A DNA stretch of 64,000 nt from a virus: positions 1-64,000 of IMG/VR virus record IMGVR_UViG_3300010259_000001, one strand, 5' to 3'. A program made the position numbers and the translations under genes. Positions within the stretch are counted from its first letter, which is position 1. Every line of letters begins with the position of its first letter. Under the pieces are notes generated by a model. The model was not told the DNA's origin. It did no database searches and was given only the letters and a program-made list of their open reading frames with translations. Positions 48,749 to 57,686 of this stretch are shown piece by piece.

Positions 48749-51511
48749 ATGATTAAAGAACTACAATACAAAGGATATGCCACTGAACCGTCAGACTATG
48801 AATGTCCCGACGGTCAGTTGGCTACGTCCTTGAACCTCATCAATGAGGATAGTCAACTCAAACCAGTATTCCAGCCGTCTGAACTTGCAGAACTTCCAAG
48901 CGGCTATAAAGTAGTGTATATTCACGACACCAACACGTTCACCCATTACATTCTGCTCAACACAAGCACAAACAAATTGTATTGGATTGACGAAAGCATC
49001 ATCACGGATGGTGCCGTAAAGCCTGTGTCAAGTGCGACGATTGAAACGGAACTGGCTCAGACAAGCCCAAGCCGTGAACTCTATTCGTTTGGTTCAACTG
49101 AAATCTACAATGTCAATGGCATCGGTAACACGCTGATTGTTCTTACCGCCAATGGTATGCACTACCTGCTTTGGAAAGGCGACACAGAGGGATATCTGTA
49201 TCTTGGTACACATCTACCCGAATTGCCTATCTCGTTTGGGTTGCAAGGCGAGGTGGTGCGCACTGACGTATTCAGTATTTCTTTTAATGGCATCGGCGAG
49301 GGCAGTCTTTGGAATGAATTTTCCGATGAAAACAAATCACGCATAACAAGTCAAGTGCTGGCAAAGGTAAACAAGTTCATTGCTGACCAATCAACCAACG
49401 CTGGTAAATTCATCTTTCCTTTCCTTGTACGGTATGCTTACAGGTTGTATGATGGTTCTCTTACTATGCACTCTGCGCCTATTCTCATGGTATGTTCTTC
49501 CGACCTCGCTCCACAGGTATTTTGGGAGCATGTAACAGGACATGGCGAATATACCGATGCGCAGTTGCGTGTTGTTGGTGTAAGGCATACTCTTGACTAT
49601 GCTGTTGTACTGGCTTCCCGTATTGATATGCTAAGACAGTGGAAAGATATTGTGCACTCAGTTGACATCTTTATCTCAAAGCCTATCTACACATACGACC
49701 AAAACGGACAATGCACAAGGTTCGCACAGTCAAGCGAAATTAACTCTTTCTGTATCTGTAAGCACATCAATCAAGCTGCTGATACAAACACATACCCTTT
49801 GCGATACCAGTACAATACATTTAACAAGTTGTATGCGTTCACTTACAACCCGACAACTTTCACATACCCCTCTGGACGCTTGATGATACCGCAGCGTAGC
49901 ACTGACCAGGTGAAATCCGATATACGTTCATGTTCCCAGTTCTATCTACTCAAAAGCATCAAGTTAGACGAACTGACAACTACGCGCACGGCTGTTTCCG
50001 TTGAAGAAGATTATTTGCAATCTCTTGTGAATAGAGAGGTTATGACAGACGACTTTGACAGTCATGATGTATTGATACCGCAATACTCTTTTGCATATAA
50101 CTCACGACTGAACATTGCCAATCTAAAAAAGAAACTTTACGATACTTTCAATGCCGGAGCAATGTTCTGTTATACCGATGGCTATGTTCAGAACTTTTCT
50201 AACGATTCACCAACTATTATTGACCGCAAAGCCTCATGGGGTGTCTATTTCTTCATAAAGCAGGACGGACGCGACATCATTGTGCAGGGAGAGGCTTTTG
50301 TTATGAGTGTGCAAGCGCGTCTATTATTTTTCTATTATCCAAACGTCAACGCATATAAGGCAGTATTCTACCGATATGATAACTTCTATGATGCCTACGA
50401 GGTGCCACTGGAGGCACACGGTTTCCTAAATGGAGCATTTTATTTTGGTGGATGGGATAACGCCACAAAAACTACATCATTGCCGTCTGAGTCAAGTGAG
50501 GCAATACGCACAATAGATGTTCCCAACAAAATCTACACCTCCGAAGTCAATAACCCATTCCACTTCCCTGTTTTGGGCATCAACACCGTAGGTACTGGCA
50601 CCATCCTCGGCATATCTGCTGCGGCAAAAGCAATGTCGCAAGGTCAGTTCGGACAGTTCCCACTATACGCTTTCACCACTGAGGGCGTTTGGGCGTTGGA
50701 GGTGTCTTCCACTGGCTCATACTCTGCACGTCAGCCTATCACGCGAGACGTGTGTATCAATACTGACAGCATTACGCAGATAGATAGTTCAGTTCTCTTT
50801 GCCACAGACAGGGGCATTATGCTTATCAGTGGTTCACAGACACAGTGCATCACGGATAACATCTTCAGCGAAGCACCGTTCAATGTGCTTGACCTGCCCG
50901 GCATCGGCCAACTACACACAAAACTCGGACACTCTGCAGATGCTTGTCTGCCCATGAAGCCGTTCCTCGGTTTCCTTGCAGGGTGTCAGATGGTTTACGA
51001 CTATGTGCATCAGCGTATCTTTGTGTATAACCCTACAAAGGAGAATGTCACACCCAAATACACATACGCCTACGTCTTCTCTCTCAAATCGAAAATGTGG
51101 GGCATGGTGTTCACAAACCTTGCATCAACCATCAACGCATATCCCGAAGCACTGGCAATGACACACGATAACAAACTGGTGTCATTCTCCGAAACCGACG
51201 AGCAGGTGTGCAAGGGTCTTTACATTACCCGACCGCTCAAACTGGAGGCTGCCGATGTTCATAAGACAATCTCCGCACTCATCCAGCGCGGACACTTCCA
51301 GCGTGGCGATGTCGGCACGGTGCTGTACGGCTCACGCGACCTTTTCTCTTGGCACCTCGTTTGGTCTTCAAAAGACCATTACCTGCGTGGGTTCAGAGGT
51401 ACACCATACAAGTATTTCCGAATAGCAGGATTGGCGACACTCACCGATGGCAAGTCCATCTTCGGCGCATCAGTCAACTTCGAGCCTCGCCATACAAACC
51501 AGTTACGATAA
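48749..51511 (+). CDS. Large hypothetical protein (920 aa), possibly structural
   Basis: ATG start, own promoter box, and a bidirectional terminator downstream. Beta-rich composition. No family recognised. Confidence 0.55.
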   Translation: MIKELQYKGYATEPSDYECPDGQLATSLNLINEDSQLKPVFQPSELAELPSGYKVVYIHDTNTFTHYILLNTSTNKLYWIDESIITDGAVKPVSSATIETELAQTSPSRELYSFGSTEIYNVNGIGNTLIVLTANGMHYLLWKGDTEGYLYLGTHLPELPISFGLQGEVVRTDVFSISFNGIGEGSLWNEFSDENKSRITSQVLAKVNKFIADQSTNAGKFIFPFLVRYAYRLYDGSLTMHSAPILMVCSSDLAPQVFWEHVTGHGEYTDAQLRVVGVRHTLDYAVVLASRIDMLRQWKDIVHSVDIFISKPIYTYDQNGQCTRFAQSSEINSFCICKHINQAADTNTYPLRYQYNTFNKLYAFTYNPTTFTYPSGRLMIPQRSTDQVKSDIRSCSQFYLLKSIKLDELTTTRTAVSVEEDYLQSLVNREVMTDDFDSHDVLIPQYSFAYNSRLNIANLKKKLYDTFNAGAMFCYTDGYVQNFSNDSPTIIDRKASWGVYFFIKQDGRDIIVQGEAFVMSVQARLLFFYYPNVNAYKAVFYRYDNFYDAYEVPLEAHGFLNGAFYFGGWDNATKTTSLPSESSEAIRTIDVPNKIYTSEVNNPFHFPVLGINTVGTGTILGISAAAKAMSQGQFGQFPLYAFTTEGVWALEVSSTGSYSARQPITRDVCINTDSITQIDSSVLFATDRGIMLISGSQTQCITDNIFSEAPFNVLDLPGIGQLHTKLGHSADACLPMKPFLGFLAGCQMVYDYVHQRIFVYNPTKENVTPKYTYAYVFSLKSKMWGMVFTNLASTINAYPEALAMTHDNKLVSFSETDEQVCKGLYITRPLKLEAADVHKTISALIQRGHFQRGDVGTVLYGSRDLFSWHLVWSSKDHYLRGFRGTPYKYFRIAGLATLTDGKSIFGASVNFEPRHTNQLR

Positions 51512-51570
51512 CTTTGTGTTTTTCATAGTATTGATTTAGGTTTTAGATTTAGTTTTTTAAGGTAAAAACA

Positions 51571-51606
51571 AGAAACGCACCCGTCTGTGAAGATAGGTGC
51601 GTTTTC
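51571..51606. terminator. Bidirectional rho-independent terminator between convergent operons
   Basis: Stem aaacgcacc (51573-51581) with ggtgcgttt (51596-51604). T-rich tracts on both sides. Confidence 0.6.
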
Positions 51607-51646
51607 CTTGTCGGGATAGTTCCTGCCCGGTTTGGCAGGTGTATTG

Positions 51647-52201
51647 TTACCAGGGGTGTGTTGCTCTTGTGAATGCTTTTCTGCGCAGGTTCTTGACTTC
51701 TTCTATTTCCTTTTTGATAGCCTCAGCCTTGGCAGTCCAGTTGGCTGCTGCTTGCGGATTGGTGATGCTCAACCAGTCTGCCAGCACACAATACACCATA
51801 AACTCATGTATCAATTTCGATAAGTGGTGCATCGTGGTACGCGACATGGTGTTAGGCACATTCAATTCCACGACATACTCTTCGGGAGCGTGTAGGCAGT
51901 TGTCTATTTCCTCCTCGATGGGTTCAGCCTTGGTGTAAGGGAATAGCATTTCTATCACTGCGGTATGGACTACGGCAAGTATGCGGCTCACCCTGTCCAC
52001 GTTGCCCTCCTCGCCAATCTCGGCAAGCACATGTTGGGCGTGTTGCTTTTCTTCACCCATCACGTCTGCCTCAACAAAGGCATAGTTCTTGATGTCGTAA
52101 AGCAACTGGTTACGCAGAAATTTCAGACGTACTACGCGCTTGTCACTGTTGTTGCTCGCGTTTGTAGTGCCGTCGGTGTTACAGATACCACAATAGTCCA
52201 T
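51647..52201 (-). CDS. Hypothetical protein, paralogue A of a three-gene tandem family
   Basis: 184 aa. The C-terminal half aligns by eye with 52230-52748 and 52787-53242 (...LN(V/F)...IHEF(M/V)V...W...A...K(K/R)AF...). Confidence 0.5.
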   Translation of the reverse strand: MDYCGICNTDGTTNASNNSDKRVVRLKFLRNQLLYDIKNYAFVEADVMGEEKQHAQHVLAEIGEEGNVDRVSRILAVVHTAVIEMLFPYTKAEPIEEEIDNCLHAPEEYVVELNVPNTMSRTTMHHLSKLIHEFMVYCVLADWLSITNPQAAANWTAKAEAIKKEIEEVKNLRRKAFTRATHPW

Positions 52202-52229
52202 AGTAATTTTTTCATTTTTTGATTAACTG

Positions 52230-52748
52230 TTAGGGCGTGTACGTCGGACGCTCGGGACGACTGCGCTTGTAGAGGGCTTTCTTTGCTCTGCCAAGTGCTG
52301 CCTCGGCATCTACTTTGCAAGCCTCCGCAATCTCCGGGCAGGTCTGACGATACCACTCATAGATACTGCGACCCACAACAAACTCATGGATGCCTCCACC
52401 GAGAGCGTCGGCGGCTGCACTGTTGTAGTTGCTTGGCAGCAGGAAGTTGATGGTGATAGCGTTGCCGTTCTCCACATCGCTGTCGATGAGGTTATCGGTC
52501 GCCGTCGTTGTCTCGTTCAGATACTCACCCAACTCCACCTTGGTCTCTGCAATAGCGTTGCTAATGGCGCGGATAAGTTCATACGAGTTCTCCAAGTCTT
52601 CGCTCGCCTGCATGTGAGCTGCTGCCTCATAGTTGAGTTTGCCCGCTGCTTGCAGACTGCGTGCTGTCACGTGCGTCTTATTCATAATCGCAAACTTCAG
52701 TTCCTTGGTCTGAATGGTGACAGCAAGATTTTTTTTGTTCTCTGCCAT
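52230..52748 (-). CDS. Hypothetical protein, paralogue B
   Basis: 172 aa. Ends ...AKKALYKRSRPERPTYTP. Confidence 0.5.
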   Translation of the reverse strand: MAENKKNLAVTIQTKELKFAIMNKTHVTARSLQAAGKLNYEAAAHMQASEDLENSYELIRAISNAIAETKVELGEYLNETTTATDNLIDSDVENGNAITINFLLPSNYNSAAADALGGGIHEFVVGRSIYEWYRQTCPEIAEACKVDAEAALGRAKKALYKRSRPERPTYTP

Positions 52749-52786
52749 GATGATGAAAAATTTAATGGGGTTATTTACTCTCTTTA

Positions 52787-53242
52787 TTAGTCGTAGGTCG
52801 GGCGCGTAGGCTTCTTCTTGAAGAATGCTTTTTCCTTAACATCGTCAAGGATGCTCTTGCCGACGGTGGCGAAATCTCCAGCCTCTTTCTTGTTGGTGAA
52901 CACATACCACTTGGCGGTGATGCTCTGAACGAAGTAGGAGAACAAGCCCAACTCCATACCAGGCTGCAAGGCTGTGTCGAAAGCCACTGACACATTCAGT
53001 ACAAGTTGATAGGTGTCGCCGTCTTCTGCCATGCCCTCCGACACAAGCATACGGATAAATGCCTGTGCCACTTCTGCACGGCTCTCATCCCAAAAGCGTT
53101 GCAACTCCGACTGGTCTTCATCAACGGTAGTGATACGCTCGTAGGCATTTGCGTCGTCGTCCATCTTTGCGCCAGTGTAACTGGTGGTCTGTGCAACCTC
53201 CTTGAACACTGCCGACTTGCTGATTGATAAAATGATGTTCAT
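52787..53242 (-). CDS. Hypothetical protein, paralogue C
   Basis: 151 aa. Ends ...KEKAFFKKKPTRPTYD. Confidence 0.5.
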   Translation of the reverse strand: MNIILSISKSAVFKEVAQTTSYTGAKMDDDANAYERITTVDEDQSELQRFWDESRAEVAQAFIRMLVSEGMAEDGDTYQLVLNVSVAFDTALQPGMELGLFSYFVQSITAKWYVFTNKKEAGDFATVGKSILDDVKEKAFFKKKPTRPTYD

Positions 53243-53244
53243 AG

Positions 53245-53823
53245 TTAAAAACTGATTATACTGTATGTGATGCCGATGCCGATGTACGGCTCTGCCTGTT
53301 TACTATTAAATCCGTACCCGTATCCTCCCGTGATACCGATGTGCCATTTATTAGGAGGCTTGTAACTGCGCTCATGAATGACGGTGGTTTTCGGAAACAC
53401 AAAGATGCTGTCAAGGTTCGGCTCATAGCCACTGACGTAGGCGCGGTAATCCTCATTCTCATAGCGTTTCTGTGTGATGGGGATTGCCACCGCTGCGCTG
53501 TCGCTGTCAACTGACGCATACAGCGGCGGTATATTTTCCCCATTATTTTGCGCATAATTTTCAGCCAAAAATGTGTCGGTCTTGTTGGTCGTGCTGCTAT
53601 CACGACGCTTGACTGGCAGGGTTCTTGTCACATACTTAATCACCATGCTGTCTTTCGGCACAGGCTGGTAATATGGTATGGTGTCAATGTAGGTGCTGGT
53701 GTCGCGCTCACTCACATAGTCCGTCGCCTTGCTACGACCGAACACACCATAACCGATGATGCCTCCAAGCACCAGTCCGACAAGCATGAATACCAGTGCG
53801 GCTTTTACTGCTTCTTTGTTCAT
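53245..53823 (-). CDS. Lysis-cassette membrane protein (N-terminal TM anchor plus C-terminal OMP-like beta-signal)
   Basis: 192 aa. TM segment ALVFMLVGLVLGGIIGYGVF. C-terminus ...GITGGYGYGF...PYIGIGITYSIISF, with alternating hydrophobics and a terminal Phe. ATGA overlap with the amidase stop. Confidence 0.5.
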   Translation of the reverse strand: MNKEAVKAALVFMLVGLVLGGIIGYGVFGRSKATDYVSERDTSTYIDTIPYYQPVPKDSMVIKYVTRTLPVKRRDSSTTNKTDTFLAENYAQNNGENIPPLYASVDSDSAAVAIPITQKRYENEDYRAYVSGYEPNLDSIFVFPKTTVIHERSYKPPNKWHIGITGGYGYGFNSKQAEPYIGIGITYSIISF

Positions 53824-54488
53824 AATTTCTTCAGATAGTTTATGATACCTTTTTTATGTCCCTCTACAATCTTAGCACGTCCCTCCTCGCTGGCAATGAA
53901 GCGGAGGTTTTCTTTGTTTGTATAAAAGAAATTCTCAGTTAATACTGCCGGGCATGAAGTATTCACTAAGATATAGAACTGACTTTCGTAGTCCACATCG
54001 CCGTCGTGATACATTTGAGACCCAAACTTCTTGTCGGGCATCACTTCTTTGCAAGCATTCCAAATGCTGGTTGCAATAGCATCAGACTTGGTTTGGCCTA
54101 CACTCGTCCATACTGTCCAGTAGTTTGCATCAAACCATTCGTTACCATGTCCGAGTGCATTAGCATGAACACTAATGAGGATAACATTATCCTTACCAAG
54201 TTTCTTACACCAAGCGTTTACTCTACGGCAACGCTCGCCAAGAGTAATGTTTGCGTCTTCTGGAACAAGCAACTCTGCGTCGTACCCACTTGCTTTAAGT
54301 TCTGCCACAAGCGCACGTGCGACAAGACGGTTAAACTCTCCCTCTCTGAACCTGTCTTTGACTATTGTTTTGTCGTCGATACCAAGACCTGTTACGGATG
54401 GACTGAATTTTCCTTTAGTGATGTCACGCGCACCATGGCCGTTGTCAATCAGAATTTTCATTGTCGTTGTTCTTATTGTTAGTTTCAT
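53820..54488 (-). CDS. N-acetylmuramoyl-L-alanine amidase (Amidase_3-type endolysin)
   Basis: Motifs ILIDNGHGARD..., ...EGEFNRLVA... and ...VILISVHANALGHG. An alternative start (MKILIDNGHG) lies at 54461. Confidence 0.85.
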   Translation of the reverse strand: MKLTIRTTTMKILIDNGHGARDITKGKFSPSVTGLGIDDKTIVKDRFREGEFNRLVARALVAELKASGYDAELLVPEDANITLGERCRRVNAWCKKLGKDNVILISVHANALGHGNEWFDANYWTVWTSVGQTKSDAIATSIWNACKEVMPDKKFGSQMYHDGDVDYESQFYILVNTSCPAVLTENFFYTNKENLRFIASEEGRAKIVEGHKKGIINYLKKL

Positions 54489-54960
54489 CTAAAATTTTGT
54501 CAACCTCGGCTGCATCAACATGTAGTTTTGCTGCAATTTCACCTGCAAGGGCTTTCTTTAGTAGTCGAAGAAATAAGAAATTTGGGAATAATATCAGCAT
54601 TGATGCGCAACTGCTCCAAAATTCTACCAGTATAATCACTGTGCCTACTATTGCGGCTGACAAAATCGTATCAGCAATCTTGTCAAGACCGACGAAAACA
54701 AACATGGCACAACCATATACGGCAAGTTTCGCAACGGTCAGTCGGGCGAGTTCTGACAATGTGAATTTTCCTTGCTTAATACTAACGGCAATACCCCAAA
54801 TTGCATCCATAATGGTTACTGCCATTACAAGAAACACCACAAACTTATGACCTGCAAAATAATCTATTAAGAACAGGCACAGTCCAGTGAGCCATCCCCA
54901 AACAGTCTGCAAGATACAGAGCAGCTTCTGAAAGAAATGTGTAATGATTTTTGCAAACAT
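54445..54960 (-). CDS. Holin (multi-TM, phage_holin_4-like)
   Basis: 171 aa with about 4 hydrophobic helices and a charged C-terminal tail. Immediately upstream of the amidase and overlapping it. Confidence 0.7.
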   Translation of the reverse strand: MFAKIITHFFQKLLCILQTVWGWLTGLCLFLIDYFAGHKFVVFLVMAVTIMDAIWGIAVSIKQGKFTLSELARLTVAKLAVYGCAMFVFVGLDKIADTILSAAIVGTVIILVEFWSSCASMLILFPNFLFLRLLKKALAGEIAAKLHVDAAEVDKILDETNNKNNDNENSD

Positions 54961-54983
54961 CTTATTTTTCGATTTTTTATTTG

Positions 54984-54991
54984 CAAAATTA
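54984..54991 (-). promoter_or_regulatory. Bacteroidota-type -7 box (TAATTTTG) for the lysis cassette
   Basis: Exact TAnnTTTG match on the minus strand, 24 nt upstream of the holin ATG. Confidence 0.4.
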
Positions 54992-55039
54992 CGCTCATAA
55001 CAACAGTTCGACCTGTTATCTTTTGAGTTGGTCGCCTAT

Positions 55040-55081
55040 ACACAAAGAAAGAGCCACAGGCTTATGGCTACCTGCGGCTCT
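55040..55081 (-). terminator. Rho-independent terminator after the 98-aa gene
   Basis: 11-bp stem agagccacagg (55050-55060) with cctgcggctct (55071-55081), one mismatch. T-rich tract downstream on the minus strand. Confidence 0.55.
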
Positions 55082-55100
55082 CAAAACCATTTATGTAGTA

Positions 55101-55397
55101 TCAACTATGATGTGGGGTGTCGTAGTTAAAGTAGTATCTTCCGAATAGGCGCGTGCTGATATAGTAAAGCAAGGCTATCAGCGTGAACCATGTGAGCGCA
55201 TAGGGGTTACGGCTCTGACGAGTTGATATTTTCTGCATATTGAGAAACAGGTTCGTGTCTGCTTCCTTGCGCTGTTCCTCACCACCTCCCTTGTCATACT
55301 CGTTGTCATGCAGCACGCACGCTGCATAATACTTCTTGGCGTATGGGGGCTTGATATATTTCAGCAGACCTTTGGCACAACCGCAACCGTTACTCAT
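55101..55397 (-). CDS. Small membrane-anchored protein with a phospholipase-A2-like HDxxY...D motif
   Basis: 98 aa. GCGCAKG (Ca-loop-like), ACVLHDNEYDKGGGEEQRKEAD (HD-x2-Y then D), and a C-terminal TM segment LTWFTLIALLYYISTRLFG. Confidence 0.4.
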   Translation of the reverse strand: MSNGCGCAKGLLKYIKPPYAKKYYAACVLHDNEYDKGGGEEQRKEADTNLFLNMQKISTRQSRNPYALTWFTLIALLYYISTRLFGRYYFNYDTPHHS

Positions 55398-55887
55398 AGT
55401 TCGACATATCTAAACTGTCCTTTTCTGCCCAGCCCTCATTGAGACACTGGTTAATGTAGGCGACTGCAGACGTGTAGAAGTCCGTGAAGTCCTCCATGTT
55501 TTCAAAGGTGTGGTACACGGCTTTGCCCTCTGCGTCTTCACCAAGTTTGAACTTAATAGGCAACATGGCACCACCCATCTGCATATTGAGGTCGAACGCT
55601 GCCTTGAAGTTGTTTTGGTTCTCAGCACTCAAATACACACGGATGCCTTTCCATGCAAAGCCGTTCAGTATCTTTTCGTCTGTATTGGCGTTGATGGTGT
55701 CAATGATAAGGTATTTAACCTCGCTGACGGTGGGCTTATAGTCCAGCGTCTGACGGTAGTTATATCCTGTGCCTCCGTCCATGCCGAAGCCATAGAATAC
55801 TTCCCAGCGTTTACGACCTATCTGCTGTATGCCGTCTCTGCGTTCTGATGCTCCATAAATCTTTTCCATGCCGCAAAGATACGACAT
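55390..55887 (-). CDS. Hypothetical protein downstream of the RT
   Basis: 165 aa. An alternative ATG lies at 55869. Not helical-bundle-like, so not an obvious Avd. Confidence 0.5.
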   Translation of the reverse strand: MSYLCGMEKIYGASERRDGIQQIGRKRWEVFYGFGMDGGTGYNYRQTLDYKPTVSEVKYLIIDTINANTDEKILNGFAWKGIRVYLSAENQNNFKAAFDLNMQMGGAMLPIKFKLGEDAEGKAVYHTFENMEDFTDFYTSAVAYINQCLNEGWAEKDSLDMSNYE

Positions 55888-55919
55888 AAGACGGCAAATA
55901 AGATGTTATCTTTTGTGTA

Positions 55920-57263
55920 TCATGAGAACTTATACTTTACCTTGCCTCCGTCAAACACTTCACTGACAATCGTGGTTTCAAATGGGAAACCGTCTTCGAT
56001 GTCGCTGATTTGGTCGAGGATATTCTTCATTTCCTCAGATGCTGTAAAGAACTTGCCCCAGTCGCCTGTCTGCTTGTCACGGAAACTTACCACATAGCGG
56101 TCTTCACCCTGCGATGTGTTGATGCCAGTCTCGTAGTCATGCACTTCAATAGTTTTGTTCACGATTGCGCCCAAGCGCATTGTCTTACCGGGAAAGCGTT
56201 TCTTTCCGTCGGCAGGGGTGTAACTAACACCCATTTCGCTAAACTTTTTCATTTTCTGATTTGTCAATTTATAAAACAAGTGTTTACAATCAGCATGGCA
56301 AGCCATGCCTTTGAATGAGCCAATAATCTCTTGCCGACGTTTCCGCGACTTCACCTTTGCCAGTTTCCTTGCTGCTTTCTGCTTGATACGCTTGCGCAAT
56401 AATGAATGGGTGCCATAATGCACATAGCCAAGAAAGTCCAGTCCAACGTCCAGCGGTCGCACCGCCTCCGATGGCTTAACCTCCAAACCGAGACGTGCCA
56501 CTGCTGCTATATGAATGTTGCGCAACTCCCACAATTCTTTTTTCGTGCTGGCAAGCATTACGGTATCATCGCAATACCTGTAATACAAATAATGTGTCTC
56601 ACCGCCCTTTTCATAGTGTTTAACGTATTTCAGCATTTCATGGTCAACCTCATTCAGATAGAGGTTGGCGAAACACTGCGAGGAACGAAGACCCTTTGAC
56701 AAGCCTTGTGGCATGAGCGTAATGAAACTGTCAAGGATGGGTAGCAGTATCGGGTCTGAAACATACTTCCTTATTATCTGCATCATCCGCAGTTGGTCGA
56801 TGCTGTCATAATAATGGTGTATGTCGTTCTGATAGTAGTATTGTGATTGTTCGGGAGCATTGGTAAGGTCTTCCTCTACGACGTGGTGCAGCCAGTGCAT
56901 ACCACGTCCCTTGATGCTTGCTGCCGTGTTCTTGATGAGCGTAGGGTATGTGTACTTCTCTATCACTACCATGATGGCATGGATGCCAACACGCTTCACT
57001 ACCGTTGGGGCTTGCACATCGCGCTCTTTGTAGCCCTCAGTTACATGCAGGTCGCGAACATCGCTACGCACAATACGAAAAGAACCTGCACTGATTTCTC
57101 TGCGTAGGCTCTCTATTATCGTCAGACGTTTAGGTCTGTACATTTCCCGTTGTCTTGGATGTTCAAGGTGACTGATAACGTAGTCGAAACTTTCACCCAT
57201 GTTCTCCTCGCTGACAATTTCGGGAATTAGATTGTCGAGAGGAAATCTAATGTCATAGTCCAT
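55920..57263 (-). CDS. DGR reverse transcriptase
   Basis: 447 aa. YxDD box YYRYCDDTVMLAS. DGR-type motif ...PQGLSKGLRSSQCFANLYLNEVD (the SQ signature). Lies 150 nt downstream of TR. Confidence 0.92.
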   Translation of the reverse strand: MDYDIRFPLDNLIPEIVSEENMGESFDYVISHLEHPRQREMYRPKRLTIIESLRREISAGSFRIVRSDVRDLHVTEGYKERDVQAPTVVKRVGIHAIMVVIEKYTYPTLIKNTAASIKGRGMHWLHHVVEEDLTNAPEQSQYYYQNDIHHYYDSIDQLRMMQIIRKYVSDPILLPILDSFITLMPQGLSKGLRSSQCFANLYLNEVDHEMLKYVKHYEKGGETHYLYYRYCDDTVMLASTKKELWELRNIHIAAVARLGLEVKPSEAVRPLDVGLDFLGYVHYGTHSLLRKRIKQKAARKLAKVKSRKRRQEIIGSFKGMACHADCKHLFYKLTNQKMKKFSEMGVSYTPADGKKRFPGKTMRLGAIVNKTIEVHDYETGINTSQGEDRYVVSFRDKQTGDWGKFFTASEEMKNILDQISDIEDGFPFETTIVSEVFDGGKVKYKFS

Positions 57264-57413
57264 GCCTTCAGGACACTTAGTTATGTTTCGGCTTTCTACA
57301 TTATGTAGGGTTGCCGAGGCTCAAACCCTTCGCCCTTGCGGTCAGTGTACACGACACTGGTGTATAGGAACGATATTAAACAGTCTGCCTCCGAAAGACA
57401 GATGTATCTTGCT

Positions 57414-57528
57414 GGTAAGCCGCGAGCCGTTGTTGGTATTCGAGTTCGAAGCATCGTTATTCGCGTTGCAGTTCACGAAGCCGTTGTTCGAGTTCGTGTT
57501 GTTGCCGGAGCGAAGAACACAACGCCCA
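57414..57528 (-). repeat. DGR template repeat (TR)
   Basis: Minus-strand reading GRCVLRSGNNTNSNNGFVNCNANNDASNSNTNNGSRL, with 13 AAY codons and 30 adenines by my count. Not part of a gene. Confidence 0.9.
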
Positions 57529-57560
57529 CGAGGGTTATCCACCTGCTTAAAAAGCAAGTG

Positions 57561-57568
57561 CAAAGGTA
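57561..57568 (-). promoter_or_regulatory. Bacteroidota-type -7 box (TACCTTTG) for the TR-RT transcript
   Basis: Exact TAnnTTTG match on the minus strand, about 33 nt upstream of the TR 5' boundary and downstream of the target-gene terminator. Confidence 0.4.
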
Positions 57569-57618
57569 CGAATATTTGTCATACTTACGCACTTTGCACC
57601 CCCACTATTAGCATTTTT

Positions 57619-57647
57619 TCAAAAAAAATCGAGCCGCTTACGCGGCT
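57619..57647 (-). terminator. Rho-independent terminator of the DGR target gene
   Basis: Stem agccgc (57632-57637) with gcggct (57642-57647), followed on the minus strand by an 8-T run (57621-57628). Confidence 0.65.
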
Positions 57648-57654
57648 TTAGCGG

Positions 57655-57686
57655 AGAGTGAGCAGCCTTTTCAAGGCTCTCACTCT
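57655..57686 (-). promoter_or_regulatory. 14-bp hairpin downstream of VR1 (candidate DGR homing hairpin/cruciform)
   Basis: agagtgag-c-agcctt / ttc / aaggct-ctcactct. Located about 40 nt 3' of the VR1 IMH-like flank and 17 nt after the stop codon. Confidence 0.45.

Noticed and set aside
57342-57563. 73-aa minus-strand ORF reading through the TR (GRCVLRSGNNTNSNNGFVNCNANN...)
   Set aside because: This is the DGR template repeat read as protein. It has no credible start context and diverges from the VR-encoded proteins immediately outside the repeat. It is an RNA template, not a CDS.
57262-57651. 129-aa plus-strand ORF across the TR/spacer, considered as a possible Avd
   Set aside because: It is antisense to TR and the spacer, and it is Cys/Leu/Pro-rich rather than a basic helical bundle. 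It runs through the terminator hairpin.
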